Positions 1-9,926 of a DNA stretch of 38,592 nt are shown one piece after another. The position numbers and the translations under genes are program-made. The DNA comes from a virus (Duplodnaviria; Caudoviricetes). Numbering within the stretch: the stretch's first letter is position 1; each line of letters starts with the position of its first letter. The stretch covers positions 1 to 38,592 of IMG/VR virus record IMGVR_UViG_3300044508_000022. One strand, given 5' to 3'. The notes under the pieces were generated by a model. That model ran no database searches, was not told the origin of the DNA, and was given only the letters and a program-made list of their open reading frames with translations.

Positions 1-127
1 AATAAAGAACTTGAGGAGGCACAGAGGCGCGCCAACGATGCCATGGTCAAACTCGACCAGATAATGGCTGAGCAGATCCAAGACCAGACCGAGCAGGCTA
101 TTGAAAAACGGATACAGACCGGGGAGA
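1..127. repeat. Terminal 127-bp overlap identical to 38466-38592 (circular assembly overlap)
   Basis: AATAAAGAACTTGAGG...ACCGGGGAGA occurs at both ends. The repeat lies inside an ORF that reads through the junction, and 127 is a common assembler k-mer length. Confidence 0.95.
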
Positions 128-1095
128 AGTATTATGATGAAGCCCTGGCAGCAGGGAATGAAGAAGTCGCTGTATATAAGCTCAAGCTCGATAAGATGGG
201 GCATTTCTCGGCCCTGTGGAGCGATGAAAGAATCGCTGATTATTACTGGTATACCAATAAGGTCGAGCAGCTGGAGACGGAGCTCTCGGAAAAACTGAAG
301 ACCATCAATGAAAAGACAAATTCCGACATCAAGAAGATCCGCGAGGATGCCACAAATAAGGATAATCCCAAACCGGAAAAGCCAACCCGGGCCGAAGATA
401 TCGACCTCGATAAAATCGGAGAGGAGATTGACGCTTTTGTCGCGGAGCGTGACGCAAAGGCGCGGCAAGCCAATGTCGCAGAATTGGACCGAATCAGCAA
501 GAATCTCCAGGAAACTCTTAATGCCAATGAGGCTAAGAAAAAAGCGAGCGATGAACTGGCAATGAAGGAACTTGAAAATGCAAAAATGATTGAACTATCC
601 GAAGCTCAATCTATCGCTTCCATAACTGGGGCATTGGTCTCGCTGAATCAGATCCACAAGGGAAACGCCAAGGTTTCTCAGGGGCTGGCGATAGCCGAAA
701 CCATCATGAATACAGCTGTGGCGGTGATGAAGGCCACAGCACAGACCGGCGTCCTAGCCCCCCTCGTTGTCCCCTCTATCATTGCCGCCGGTGCCGCGCA
801 GATCGCCGTTATCTCCGCTCAGAAGTTCGCCCGCGGCGGGGACTTTGTGACATCCGGCCCCCAGGCCATCATTGTCGGCGATAACCCGGGCGGCCGCGAG
901 CGCGTGCAGGTCACCCCGATTTCCTCTCCAAATTACAATGGGCCTGGCGGCGGCACGAATATCACCATCGGGGATGTGATTATCAAGGGAAATGCGGACA
1001 ACAGTACCGTGAAGGCCATCAATATATCACGTGAAAAGCAACTCCGGGATCTCCGGGAGATGATCAAAGAACTCCAATACGCCCGTCAAATATAG
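1..1095 (+). CDS. Tape measure protein, C-terminal part (starts at 38067 and wraps the junction; about 497 aa in total)
   Basis: Frame is continuous from ATG 38067 across the overlap. Coiled-coil and Ala-rich, ends with an FARGG...GDNPGGRERV-type motif, and sits between the tail chaperone and a Dit-like gene. Confidence 0.85.
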   Translation, partial: NKELEEAQRRANDAMVKLDQIMAEQIQDQTEQAIEKRIQTGEKYYDEALAAGNEEVAVYKLKLDKMGHFSALWSDERIADYYWYTNKVEQLETELSEKLKTINEKTNSDIKKIREDATNKDNPKPEKPTRAEDIDLDKIGEEIDAFVAERDAKARQANVAELDRISKNLQETLNANEAKKKASDELAMKELENAKMIELSEAQSIASITGALVSLNQIHKGNAKVSQGLAIAETIMNTAVAVMKATAQTGVLAPLVVPSIIAAGAAQIAVISAQKFARGGDFVTSGPQAIIVGDNPGGRERVQVTPISSPNYNGPGGGTNITIGDVIIKGNADNSTVKAINISREKQLRDLREMIKELQYARQI

Positions 1096-1103
1096 GGGAG
1101 TCT

Positions 1104-1880
1104 ATGCAGATCACGGGTGACGGGATAACGCAATTCCAATTCAAAGTGATGCCCGCGTATCGCGTACTCACTCAGCTCGCTATCAAATGGGTGCAGGTGT
1201 CCTCTGGAAACTGGCGCGCTACGGACCGCGGCGCGGGAGAGGATGTCTATGAGGCCGACATATCCATGCGCGGGACCGAGTCTATCATCAACAACGTTAT
1301 CGACCAGATTCAAAATAACCGCCTGGCTGGCAGCGGTACTCCGAATCAAATCACCATGAGCGGATTTCTCGGCAGCGAGCATATCTTCGGGGAGAATGTG
1401 GACCATTCCGGGAGCATTAATGCGGTGATCATGTCTATGGAGAAGCGGCAACAAGCGGCCTGGAAATCTTATCTGCTGTCCATGCGCGTGCGCGCGCTTA
1501 TTCCCACTTTCACAGGCTCCAGCTCATTCCCGACCCTGGAATGGTGTGATGTGGGCGCAGAGCACGACGCGGACATGACCATCCGCAAAAACAGCACCTA
1601 TGATGGGACCATGATTTACCAGGATCACCGGAGCGACAGCGGCATTTTTGACGGGGTTTTCACGCTCTCGAATGCAAACTTCATCCTCTTGCGGAATAAC
1701 ATCCGGACGCAGCGGACCGGAGATTTCACCCTGTCGAATACCTTTGGCGTCGCTTATCCTTTCGGCAAGCGGTCGGCCAATGCCTACCCCCTTACGTGCA
1801 AGCTCATCGAATGGCAAGACCTGGGATGGTTTGGGCTCAAGTACAACCGGATCCGGCTGCGCTTCGCGGAGGCGGTTTAA
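1104..1880 (+). CDS. Putative distal tail (Dit-like) protein
   Basis: Directly after the TMP; RBS GGGGAG; beta-rich, 258 aa, with two similar halves. Confidence 0.55.
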   Translation: MQITGDGITQFQFKVMPAYRVLTQLAIKWVQVSSGNWRATDRGAGEDVYEADISMRGTESIINNVIDQIQNNRLAGSGTPNQITMSGFLGSEHIFGENVDHSGSINAVIMSMEKRQQAAWKSYLLSMRVRALIPTFTGSSSFPTLEWCDVGAEHDADMTIRKNSTYDGTMIYQDHRSDSGIFDGVFTLSNANFILLRNNIRTQRTGDFTLSNTFGVAYPFGKRSANAYPLTCKLIEWQDLGWFGLKYNRIRLRFAEAV

Positions 1881-4800
1881 TGGGACGGAATTCCTACGCT
1901 ATTGAGGTAGAAGCTGGACCGGCCGTCAATGGCACATTCTTCGACAGTCTTACCTATGGCCTGACGCATGGTTTTCTCCGATATGTGACCGACCGCCCGG
2001 GATTTGATTTTGTAGGTACGGCAGCAGAAAAGGTTGTCAACGGCAAATTTGCGGCAGATGCGTCATGGACGAAATTTGGTGCGGCCACTATTCATGATGG
2101 GGCCGCTTACCTGGGAGACGGATATCCGCATTTTGAACAAGCTATTACCTTGATTTCCGGGCGCACCTATGTAATCCGATATACCGTGGTTTCTGGCGGA
2201 TGTCGATTTATTGTTTCCGATGCGCCGGATGGAATAGGGAATTTTGCCTATGATAGCGGGTATAAAGGCCCAGGCTCCTATGAGTATACTTTTATCGCCA
2301 ATGCCGCCACGCAATATTTCTACATCATGGGACCCGGTTCGGTTTTTGATTCCGTTTCCATTCGAGACCAATGGACACCGCCCATCGGGGATAACTGCGT
2401 AATCGCGCTTACCCTATCCGGGGCCCAATCTCTCTCCGTCTCTATGCAATCCGGGCAGCTCTACCAGGCATCCAATGGAGTATTTAAATCCGCAAATACC
2501 ATCCTTGCTGTTCGGGACCGCTTCACGATTTTGAGTGATGCGGATTTCACTGGGGGGCAACTGGCGACGGCAAAGGGATCGGCCCCGGCTGAGGGGGATA
2601 TGTTTGAGGTTACCAATAATGGAGCGGGAACTGAGGCCGTTAAATATATCGGCATCAACAGATGGTTTAAGGACTTCCTCATGAAGGAGGGGATGAGCAA
2701 CCCTTCGCGCTCCGTGGACCTGGAAGGGTCCGGAGATTATGGCACGCTCTCAGGGTTCAACTTCACGATCCGCGATACAATCATCGCCGGTACCAATAAC
2801 CCGATCTGGAGGTACCTGGCCGCGAATGGAATGAGCCTTGCCAACGCGGTGGTCCGGCTCTACGCGGTTATCGATGGAGCTTTTTATCAAATCTGGACCG
2901 GCGTCGTGGAGAATAATCCCAGGAGCGAGGTTGACTTCGCTTTTGAATGCAAAAACAACTTTAAGCTCATTCACAAGGATATCCCATCCGAAGCCGTGAC
3001 CTCAGAGGAATTCGCCAATGCTCCAGATGAAAGTTTGGGAAAAACCATGCCGGTTTGCGTGGGAGATATTGAATACGCACAGATGATCAATGTAGACGGA
3101 GAACCCGACTGGATTAAATATAATTCTTATGGCAATTATGGGTTCCGATATGAGTGCGCGCTGCGAGCTTATCAGGATAATGCCATGCTCATTCTCGATA
3201 TCCGGGAATTGAGGAATGGCCTCAACACATTCGCCTTGAATGAACTCACCGGCAAGTATTTATTCATTCTTTCCGGGGAAAAGGCTGATTTGACTTTGGG
3301 AAACCGAATTCTCGGAAATGACCGCACCGGTCTTTATGAGAACTTCTGCACCCGTCTCTATCTCAGTGAACGCCTCCTCGATACTGATGGAAATCCCGTC
3401 GATATTTCAAAGTATGGATGGCAAGGCAGCGTCAATGGCTTCCTGCAATGGCGCGGGGCAATCGGGATTATAGAGAATCAGTGCCTCATCAGCCAAAAGG
3501 CCGTCAGTTCCTTCAAGAAAATCGGGGGAAGATTTCAAGCTTGGACATATGAGGCAGACAAAAAAAAATACCGGGACATTGCCCCTTTTATTGCGAATAC
3601 AAGCACCTCCCTCGCCTCGATTTATATGAGGTCGAAGAATCTCCATACCAACGGCGAGACCTTGCGCCTTTCCACCGTTCCGATAACATTGAGAAATCCG
3701 GTGGTATACGAAAGCCAACTCGGAAATGATGATTCCTTGGTAGATCATGATCGTTCAACCTTCATCACAAAGAGCTCCACGTTCTTAAAAGAAGTCACCA
3801 AGACTATCGATTTTGATATCGATGAGGATTTGGGCGAGGATGAGACTTTGCGGGTCGGGGTAGATCTGGACGTATTCGACGGCTCGGGTTCTTACCCTTA
3901 TGCCCGGTACACCGGGGCCTATACCCTGAAAATGGTATTAATGTGCGGAGCTGCAGCCGTCCAGACTATCACCCTCTCGTTTAACAATCAATCTTACCTC
4001 AACCTGATTCCGGATGATTACTATTCCGATGGAAACCTCAACGGCGAAAGGTCCATCGGCGGATATTATAAATCCTCTCTCTTGCTCAATGCCCTTTTTT
4101 ATACTCTTATCAAAAACGAGAATTATCGCCGCTCGTTCAGCCTGGATATCACCGTGACTATTAGCGGGGCAGGTTCGGCCGCCGTTAATTTCAAGCAGAT
4201 TGGTTTTGTGTCCATGCGGAAATATGATCTATCTGCGGATAAGATGTTCACTCGGGTATCTGGAGAACTCACCACGGGAGGGGCGCAGAGCAATACGGTT
4301 TACAATGCTTTCCGGCTTATGCTTGAAACCTACAATGGCATTTCCTCGGCAGATATCGAATATGGGAATCTGCCCACCAAAAGGCATAATGTCAATCCCG
4401 ATTACTGGCATGTTGGCCGGCAGTTGATTGAAAATAAAAACATGGCCGACTACATCAAGGAATTATGTCAGCAATCCTTCGTGGCCGCATTCCAGAATCG
4501 AAAGGGAAAGATCGCTTTCTCTGCATGGCTTGACCGTACGGATTCCCCTAGAATACATGACACGACCACGATCATCGGGGATTCAATCACCGAATGGGAG
4601 TTGACCAGCATCGATAATGTCTTCAACTCTTTCGAGGTCAATTACTCAAAGGATCCCGGAGCTGGCAAATACTTCAAGACCTATAAGCTCAAAGATGTGG
4701 ACCTGATAGAACCCCCAGGCTGGTCGGATGACTGGAAGCCTTTATGGGATGTATGCCGCGCCGCTTACCTCGTTTATCGCGCTGTTAAAGAATTCAAAAT

Positions 4801-5230
4801 TAACCTGGACTGGTTTATCGATAGGAGCCGATGGTACAATTCAGGGGAGTCTGGGGCCGTGGGTATTGGAACGGATGGAAGCGCATGGCATTGGCTTACG
4901 AATGCTGTTTTTTGGCTCACCCGGCAAAAAAGAAAAGCCGGCTATAATGTCCCCCTTGATGCCACCCACGTATTTACCGAGCTCTGCGACCCGGTGAACT
5001 TTAAGGACCCGGTATTCTCCAATTCATTAATCGACACGGCCTACTTGGAAGGCAACGTGGATGCCATCGAATATGACATTCAAAATGACAGCATCCGCAT
5101 CCATTCTCTCCTAAGTCCAAATGACACCATCGATGACAACTACGGGGATATCATCGAAAGCGGAAATTCAAATCACACCATCACCGAAAGCGGATCTGCA
5201 CCTGATACGATTACGGAAGACGGTCAATAA
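1880..5230 (+). CDS. Large tail-tip/hub (Tal-like) protein with an inserted carbohydrate-binding-like domain
   Basis: ATG overlaps the upstream stop (TAATG). About 1116 aa, located after Dit. Contains a 'GKTMPVCVGD' hub-like segment and a CBM-like 'VVNGKF..W...EQAITLISGRTY' segment. Confidence 0.65.
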   Translation: MGRNSYAIEVEAGPAVNGTFFDSLTYGLTHGFLRYVTDRPGFDFVGTAAEKVVNGKFAADASWTKFGAATIHDGAAYLGDGYPHFEQAITLISGRTYVIRYTVVSGGCRFIVSDAPDGIGNFAYDSGYKGPGSYEYTFIANAATQYFYIMGPGSVFDSVSIRDQWTPPIGDNCVIALTLSGAQSLSVSMQSGQLYQASNGVFKSANTILAVRDRFTILSDADFTGGQLATAKGSAPAEGDMFEVTNNGAGTEAVKYIGINRWFKDFLMKEGMSNPSRSVDLEGSGDYGTLSGFNFTIRDTIIAGTNNPIWRYLAANGMSLANAVVRLYAVIDGAFYQIWTGVVENNPRSEVDFAFECKNNFKLIHKDIPSEAVTSEEFANAPDESLGKTMPVCVGDIEYAQMINVDGEPDWIKYNSYGNYGFRYECALRAYQDNAMLILDIRELRNGLNTFALNELTGKYLFILSGEKADLTLGNRILGNDRTGLYENFCTRLYLSERLLDTDGNPVDISKYGWQGSVNGFLQWRGAIGIIENQCLISQKAVSSFKKIGGRFQAWTYEADKKKYRDIAPFIANTSTSLASIYMRSKNLHTNGETLRLSTVPITLRNPVVYESQLGNDDSLVDHDRSTFITKSSTFLKEVTKTIDFDIDEDLGEDETLRVGVDLDVFDGSGSYPYARYTGAYTLKMVLMCGAAAVQTITLSFNNQSYLNLIPDDYYSDGNLNGERSIGGYYKSSLLLNALFYTLIKNENYRRSFSLDITVTISGAGSAAVNFKQIGFVSMRKYDLSADKMFTRVSGELTTGGAQSNTVYNAFRLMLETYNGISSADIEYGNLPTKRHNVNPDYWHVGRQLIENKNMADYIKELCQQSFVAAFQNRKGKIAFSAWLDRTDSPRIHDTTTIIGDSITEWELTSIDNVFNSFEVNYSKDPGAGKYFKTYKLKDVDLIEPPGWSDDWKPLWDVCRAAYLVYRAVKEFKINLDWFIDRSRWYNSGESGAVGIGTDGSAWHWLTNAVFWLTRQKRKAGYNVPLDATHVFTELCDPVNFKDPVFSNSLIDTAYLEGNVDAIEYDIQNDSIRIHSLLSPNDTIDDNYGDIIESGNSNHTITESGSAPDTITEDGQ

Positions 5231-5241
5231 AGGAGGATTTT

Positions 5242-6717
5242 ATGGGCAATGAAAATAAAGACGTTCTTCGCGTCTGCACCACCGAAGCGGCTCTCGAAAC
5301 TCAGCTGCGCGAAAAGATGTTCGGTTTTGCTACTGATACCCATCGGATTCTCGCGAAGGCTCCAGGGGGAACCGTCTATAAATTCAATTCCATCTCTTCC
5401 TCTCTGATTTCAGAGGATGGGAATTCCGTCTCCGTGACCAAGGATGTGGACAATGCGGATTTCGAGGCGCTTAAGTTTGTCAACTCGAACGTTCCGGCTT
5501 CAGGAGAAACCGGTCAATCAGTTACGGTCGGATTCTATACCTATGCCGACATTGGCGGAGTCCAAAGCGTTTGGCCCCTGGCGAAAATTACGGCCGGTAA
5601 AAATGCCGATTATTATGATGCTTCAACAGATGATGATTGTGAAGCAAACCTCCAATTCAAAGTGGATATAGGCGGAGAACTCTCGGAGGTCGGCCGGTTT
5701 AGCAGCGACTGGAGTTTTACTGTGTTCGGTCCGGGAAGTGAGACTCCACCCATTCTCAGGATTACCGCAACGGCGCCATTTGGATATATCAACAACGGGG
5801 AGCTTGGGGACATAGACTTCGTTTCTAAGAATGCGGTCGGGACTTATTTGACCTATGCTCAAATCGGCACAATGGTCCGAGATGCGGCGGCAGGGGGCGA
5901 AGATGGACTCATTTCTTTTCGGGTTGCAACGAATGGTGTTTTAGCATCGAAACTTGCGGTTCGTGGCGGAGATCTGAATGATATTTATACCAACGCCAAG
6001 ATCACACCGGACAGCGGGACGCAAATCATCAACGGGAGCTTAAGTCTTATTGATGCTGCAACGCTCGGCCTGGGTTCGGGCAAGGGCGGATTCTTGTTCT
6101 CCGATTTGGCAACTGATACTATCACCGTACAGAATGCCAATTTTATTTCCGATACCATCAAATGCGACACCATCTATGCAAATGATGATTCAGGTAATGA
6201 TACCTGGATGTCCTTCGGGCAAAATACAACCACCTTGCAAGTCGGCAATCTTCCAATGATTTACACCTTTGTGGATGGGAATACAGATATTGTTCACATA
6301 AATAGTCAGGGCAACTTCGTAGACTTCAAGGTCGGTGGTCCTTATGGCAATGCTCTCTGGCATAAAGCATATAAGAAGTGTGTTTTGACTGCGCTCCGCT
6401 GGGAGCAGGCTAAGGGTGCCGATGTGGCAAGCGCCAATGACATCACCCTGGGGGGCGATGGCAACTACTTCGTCATCACCGGAACAACGGATGTTCAGAG
6501 GATTCTCACTGCTGACTGGCAGGCTGGAAGCATTATCATCCTGAGATTCTCTGGGGCGCTTACGCTACATGATCAACATGCGTCCGGGAGCGGGTATGCG
6601 GGATTTTTCCTGACCGGACAGGGAGGAGATCGGACCGTATCGGCCGATAGCGTGGGAACCTTTATTTACGATGGAACCTATTGGCGCGAAATCGCGTGGA
6701 CTCAAATACCAGGTTAA
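5242..6717 (+). CDS. Putative tail fibre / receptor-binding protein
   Basis: RBS AAGGAGG; Gly/Thr/Asp-rich beta repeats; C-terminal 'FIYDGTYWREI' fibre-type ending; last gene of the tail module. Confidence 0.65.
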   Translation: MGNENKDVLRVCTTEAALETQLREKMFGFATDTHRILAKAPGGTVYKFNSISSSLISEDGNSVSVTKDVDNADFEALKFVNSNVPASGETGQSVTVGFYTYADIGGVQSVWPLAKITAGKNADYYDASTDDDCEANLQFKVDIGGELSEVGRFSSDWSFTVFGPGSETPPILRITATAPFGYINNGELGDIDFVSKNAVGTYLTYAQIGTMVRDAAAGGEDGLISFRVATNGVLASKLAVRGGDLNDIYTNAKITPDSGTQIINGSLSLIDAATLGLGSGKGGFLFSDLATDTITVQNANFISDTIKCDTIYANDDSGNDTWMSFGQNTTTLQVGNLPMIYTFVDGNTDIVHINSQGNFVDFKVGGPYGNALWHKAYKKCVLTALRWEQAKGADVASANDITLGGDGNYFVITGTTDVQRILTADWQAGSIIILRFSGALTLHDQHASGSGYAGFFLTGQGGDRTVSADSVGTFIYDGTYWREIAWTQIPG

Positions 6718-6730
6718 AAAGGAGGATGGG

Positions 6731-6949
6731 ATGAAGATTTCAGAAAAAGCAATATCCGAGATCAGAGCCAGACAAATGCAGGTCGCGGCTGCGCAGAGAT
6801 CGCTACAGGATTATGTGAATGGACTCGCGCAGGGAATGGGCGTTCCCGAGGGGTATGAGCTTGACCTGAAGAATGGAATCTGGAAAGCTCCCGAAAAGGA
6901 ACCCGGGAAACACGATAAAAAAGAGGGCGGCAATGACAATCCAGTTTAA
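6731..6949 (+). CDS. Small hypothetical protein (possible fibre chaperone)
   Basis: Strong RBS AAAGGAGG before ATG 6731; short coiled coil. Confidence 0.6.
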   Translation: MKISEKAISEIRARQMQVAAAQRSLQDYVNGLAQGMGVPEGYELDLKNGIWKAPEKEPGKHDKKEGGNDNPV

Positions 6950-7271
6950 CCCCTGGCCCTACATCCTGACCCTCGTCGGCACGGCCTTCATGATCCTCTT
7001 GTCTATAATTGGATTCGGAATTAAAAACCGGCTCAAGAGCCTGGAGGATACGTTCTCGCGCATTGATGGGACGCTCAAGGAGATTTTTGCAAAGCTCGAC
7101 CTGGTCATGACCAAGGAGCGGTGCCGAGAACATCACGACGCGCACCAGAAACAGCATGACCTTGAAAAAGAGAATCACAAGACCGAGCATGAGGCATTCC
7201 GCGGTGACCTAAATGGCATCGGGCGCAAGCTCGAAGGCCATATCCAGCACAAAGTCGTTCATGGAGGGTAA
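6933..7271 (+). CDS. Holin-like membrane protein (one TM segment, coiled coil, His-rich tail)
   Basis: Hydrophobic segment ILTLVGTAFMILLSIIGFGI; immediately upstream of the endolysin. Confidence 0.55.
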   Translation: MTIQFNPWPYILTLVGTAFMILLSIIGFGIKNRLKSLEDTFSRIDGTLKEIFAKLDLVMTKERCREHHDAHQKQHDLEKENHKTEHEAFRGDLNGIGRKLEGHIQHKVVHGG

Positions 7272-7272
7272 A

Positions 7273-7656
7273 ATGGTTATCCTATTCAAAACCACATCGA
7301 CAGAGGCAGAATGGCCGGTATTGCTTGAGCTGAACCCGAAACTGGTGTATCAGGTCCTCTGTTTTCTGGATTTCATGGGCAGTAATGGGACGATTACGGA
7401 AATCTATCGAACGGTCGAGATGCAGCGGAAATATTACCCGAGTACTCCCGACAAGCTTTCCGTACATCAGTTCTGGCGCGGCGCGGATCTGTCCGTGCGC
7501 GATTATGACGCGGTCCGGGTATCGAACGCCCTGGATATTTTGAACCGGCGTTTTCCCTATGACCCGAAACGCCCGGTGCTCCTGTCATTCCTGGTTCACG
7601 ATGTGGGGCTTGGAAATCATCTGCATATTCAGACTTTAACCGGGGGGGTTCAATGA
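7273..7656 (+). CDS. Endolysin, M15-type Zn peptidase
   Basis: Motifs 'YRTVEMQ', 'SVH..xRGAD' and 'HLHIQ' match the R / SxHxxxxAxD / HxH pattern of M15 peptidases. Confidence 0.75.
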   Translation: MVILFKTTSTEAEWPVLLELNPKLVYQVLCFLDFMGSNGTITEIYRTVEMQRKYYPSTPDKLSVHQFWRGADLSVRDYDAVRVSNALDILNRRFPYDPKRPVLLSFLVHDVGLGNHLHIQTLTGGVQ

Positions 7657-8228
7657 GGAAGGTAAGGTACGAGGATATCCGCGACGCCATCAAAAGCGGT
7701 GACCGCCTGGAATTTGCGGGAAGTGGCATTGTCGGCCGGCTCATCCGGCTCTTTACCAAAACCGTCAACCATACCGCGTCCTGCTTGTCCATCGATGAGT
7801 ACAGCAATTATGTGGGAAACAGAAAGTTCATCCTTGAGGCCGACTCTCCGGGAATCGTGCTCAATACCATAAGCCGGACCCTGCAGGGATATAAAGGCCG
7901 GGTATTCTATACTCCCCTCCTGGCTGTCTACGACGATCGGCGCGCGTGCATGGCGGACTGGGCCCTGCAGCAGGTCGGTCGTAAATATGATTTTAAAGGA
8001 CTTTTTGCCAATATCTTCGGGCGTATCAATGCGGATGCCCGGCGTATGATCTGCTCCGAGTATCATTTCCTCATGCTTGTCATAGGGCGGCTCGTGGCGG
8101 GTGTGGTCATGAATAATAAAGGCTGTGCCGTGGATCATGAGGGGCGCCCGGTCAAAGCGCCCAGGCCCGGAGAATTCGATAGATTCCCCGTATATGGGGA
8201 GACCTTGGAAATCATTATTCCATCATAA
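7653..8228 (+). CDS. Permuted papain-like NlpC/P60 (YaeF/YiiX-type) amidase
   Basis: 'KSGD', 'NHTA', 'VGRKYDF' and 'MICSE' motifs, with His preceding the catalytic Cys. Confidence 0.75.
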   Translation: MRKVRYEDIRDAIKSGDRLEFAGSGIVGRLIRLFTKTVNHTASCLSIDEYSNYVGNRKFILEADSPGIVLNTISRTLQGYKGRVFYTPLLAVYDDRRACMADWALQQVGRKYDFKGLFANIFGRINADARRMICSEYHFLMLVIGRLVAGVVMNNKGCAVDHEGRPVKAPRPGEFDRFPVYGETLEIIIPS

Positions 8229-8243
8229 AAAAAGGAGGTTCCC

Positions 8244-8642
8244 GTGAAGAAGGTTTTTGCCCGTGTCCTTATCTGGCTGATTCTCATCCAGAGCTATTCA
8301 TGGTGTCAGGCGCGCCCCCATGAGAGCGACAACAACAAAGGCAGCTCGGCCTATGAGACGGCAATCCTACAGAGCAAGCTGGATACCGTGACATCCGCGG
8401 CCGTCGATGTGCGGCTGATGAAGAGTATGACCGTCCAGGTGTCCGGTTGTGATTCTTGCAAGGTATCCCTGCAGGGGAAAATCATGACCGCGCCTTATAG
8501 GACCATCAAGGATAGCATTGTGGCAAATAGCTTCTGGAAGGTTCCCGACTCTCTCGCGAACCTGTCTACTATTCGGGCGGTTATCAGTAGGCGTAAATCG
8601 ACGGATACAATCTCGATCTGGTTTTTGGGTAAGAATTATTGA
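8244..8642 (+). CDS. Secreted beta-rich hypothetical protein
   Basis: GTG start with RBS AAGGAGG; N-terminal signal peptide MKKVFARVLIWLILI...CQA. Confidence 0.6.
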   Translation: MKKVFARVLIWLILIQSYSWCQARPHESDNNKGSSAYETAILQSKLDTVTSAAVDVRLMKSMTVQVSGCDSCKVSLQGKIMTAPYRTIKDSIVANSFWKVPDSLANLSTIRAVISRRKSTDTISIWFLGKNY

Positions 8643-8654
8643 ACCAAAAAGGAA

Positions 8655-8677
8655 AGCCCCCGTTCGCGGCGGGGGCT
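8655..8677 (-). terminator. GC hairpin, probable terminator for reverse-strand transcripts
   Basis: AGCCCCCG/CGGGGGCT stem preceded by an A-rich tract on the + strand. Confidence 0.55.
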
Positions 8678-8772
8678 ACGGAAACCCTTTTGCATATCAT
8701 GCCGGTATCTCCTTACCCATTAATATAGGTCAATCTGTGCAATAAGTCAATGTGCGTTCCATCCCTTCCTTT

Positions 8773-8802
8773 AAAGCCCTGGGCGACTGGGGCTTTTATT
8801 TT
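8773..8802 (+). terminator. Intrinsic (probably bidirectional) terminator between convergent modules
   Basis: AAAGCCCTGG-GCGA-CTGGGGCTTT followed by TATTTT. Confidence 0.7.
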
Positions 8803-9433
8803 ACCAGTAGGTATTTCGGATGGCATAGTTCGCTATTTCTTCTTCTGTCCACCCGATTGGAGCTAGGTGACCTGTTCGGCTGGCAATCATTGATGCGTAA
8901 TTAGTTTTTCCCTGATCATCAAATACAAAACTAGCATTGCTGTATGCGGTATCTCTTATGGTATCACCGCGGGCAACAGTATACAGATATCCGATATACT
9001 TGAAGGAGTCTGGATAAAAATACTGTTGCCTTGTCCAATTGTCGGTATTAAAACTAAATGTCAGCGTGTCGCATAGATAAAATTCCGCGGTGTCTTTGAT
9101 TACTGGAATGAATGCCATCATGTTGTTTTTTAATATGGAAATGCCGGAGTCGGAAAATGATTGCCCACTATTTGAACGCGAAATAAAAGTCCCATTAGAA
9201 TCATAATACCATGTGCAAAGCAGGCTATCCCTAATACTGTCCTTGTAGGTGTTGGTGATGGTATCGAAGTATTGAATGGTGTCCAGGATTTGATAAAGGA
9301 CCTGGCTCTTAATAATCTTTGCAGGGGTACTATCCTGCGGCTGATTAGCGGCAAGGTTGCTGGATGTCGGGCTATTTTTAGAGCATCCCCAGGCGATGAT
9401 CAAGGCGGCGATAAGAGCGAGAAAAGTTTTCAT
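8801..9433 (-). CDS. Lipoprotein (possible superinfection exclusion or lysogenic conversion)
   Basis: Signal peptide with lipobox IAWG-C; RBS AGGAGG; low GC; same orientation as the repressor. Confidence 0.7.
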   Translation of the reverse strand: MKTFLALIAALIIAWGCSKNSPTSSNLAANQPQDSTPAKIIKSQVLYQILDTIQYFDTITNTYKDSIRDSLLCTWYYDSNGTFISRSNSGQSFSDSGISILKNNMMAFIPVIKDTAEFYLCDTLTFSFNTDNWTRQQYFYPDSFKYIGYLYTVARGDTIRDTAYSNASFVFDDQGKTNYASMIASRTGHLAPIGWTEEEIANYAIRNTYW

Positions 9434-9448
9434 TCTATCCTCCTAACG

Positions 9449-9733
9449 TTACGACAATTTCAAGTCGCATCCCCTGCAAAAATATTTACCAGCATCGTTT
9501 AGTGATTTGCATTTAGGGCATACCCAGGGATGATTCGTATCGATGATTTGAGGATTCGGCGCTTGATTGGCTTGCGCTTTTGGAAGGCCAGTAATTGCGA
9601 TAAGGGCGATGATGTTGAAGAACAGGCCGAGGAAAAACCATGATATTGCTGAACGATTTTTCTCATCCGCAATATAGGATGAGAAGCCAGCGAAAGCCAG
9701 AGATGCAATAAAAGCAATTATTATAGGGCTCAT
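9449..9733 (-). CDS. Two-TM membrane protein with a C-terminal zinc ribbon
   Basis: Two hydrophobic helices flank 'IADEKNRSAISWFFLG'; C-terminal WVCPKC...N......FCRGC. Confidence 0.75.
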   Translation of the reverse strand: MSPIIIAFIASLAFAGFSSYIADEKNRSAISWFFLGLFFNIIALIAITGLPKAQANQAPNPQIIDTNHPWVCPKCKSLNDAGKYFCRGCDLKLS

Positions 9734-9926
9734 AACCTCAAACCTAATCTAATACTTTACCTTTCGCAACAGCTATTTGCGCCTTGCATCAAATGCGCAT
9801 CTTATCGACGTGCATGATTTTGCCGATATGTGTACGGGGTGCATAACATGGGCACGGCTACGGAAAGCGAGAATGGAGATAGCGCGGAGGATGAGTTCGA
9901 TGATGAGGTAGTGCGCAGAATCATCT

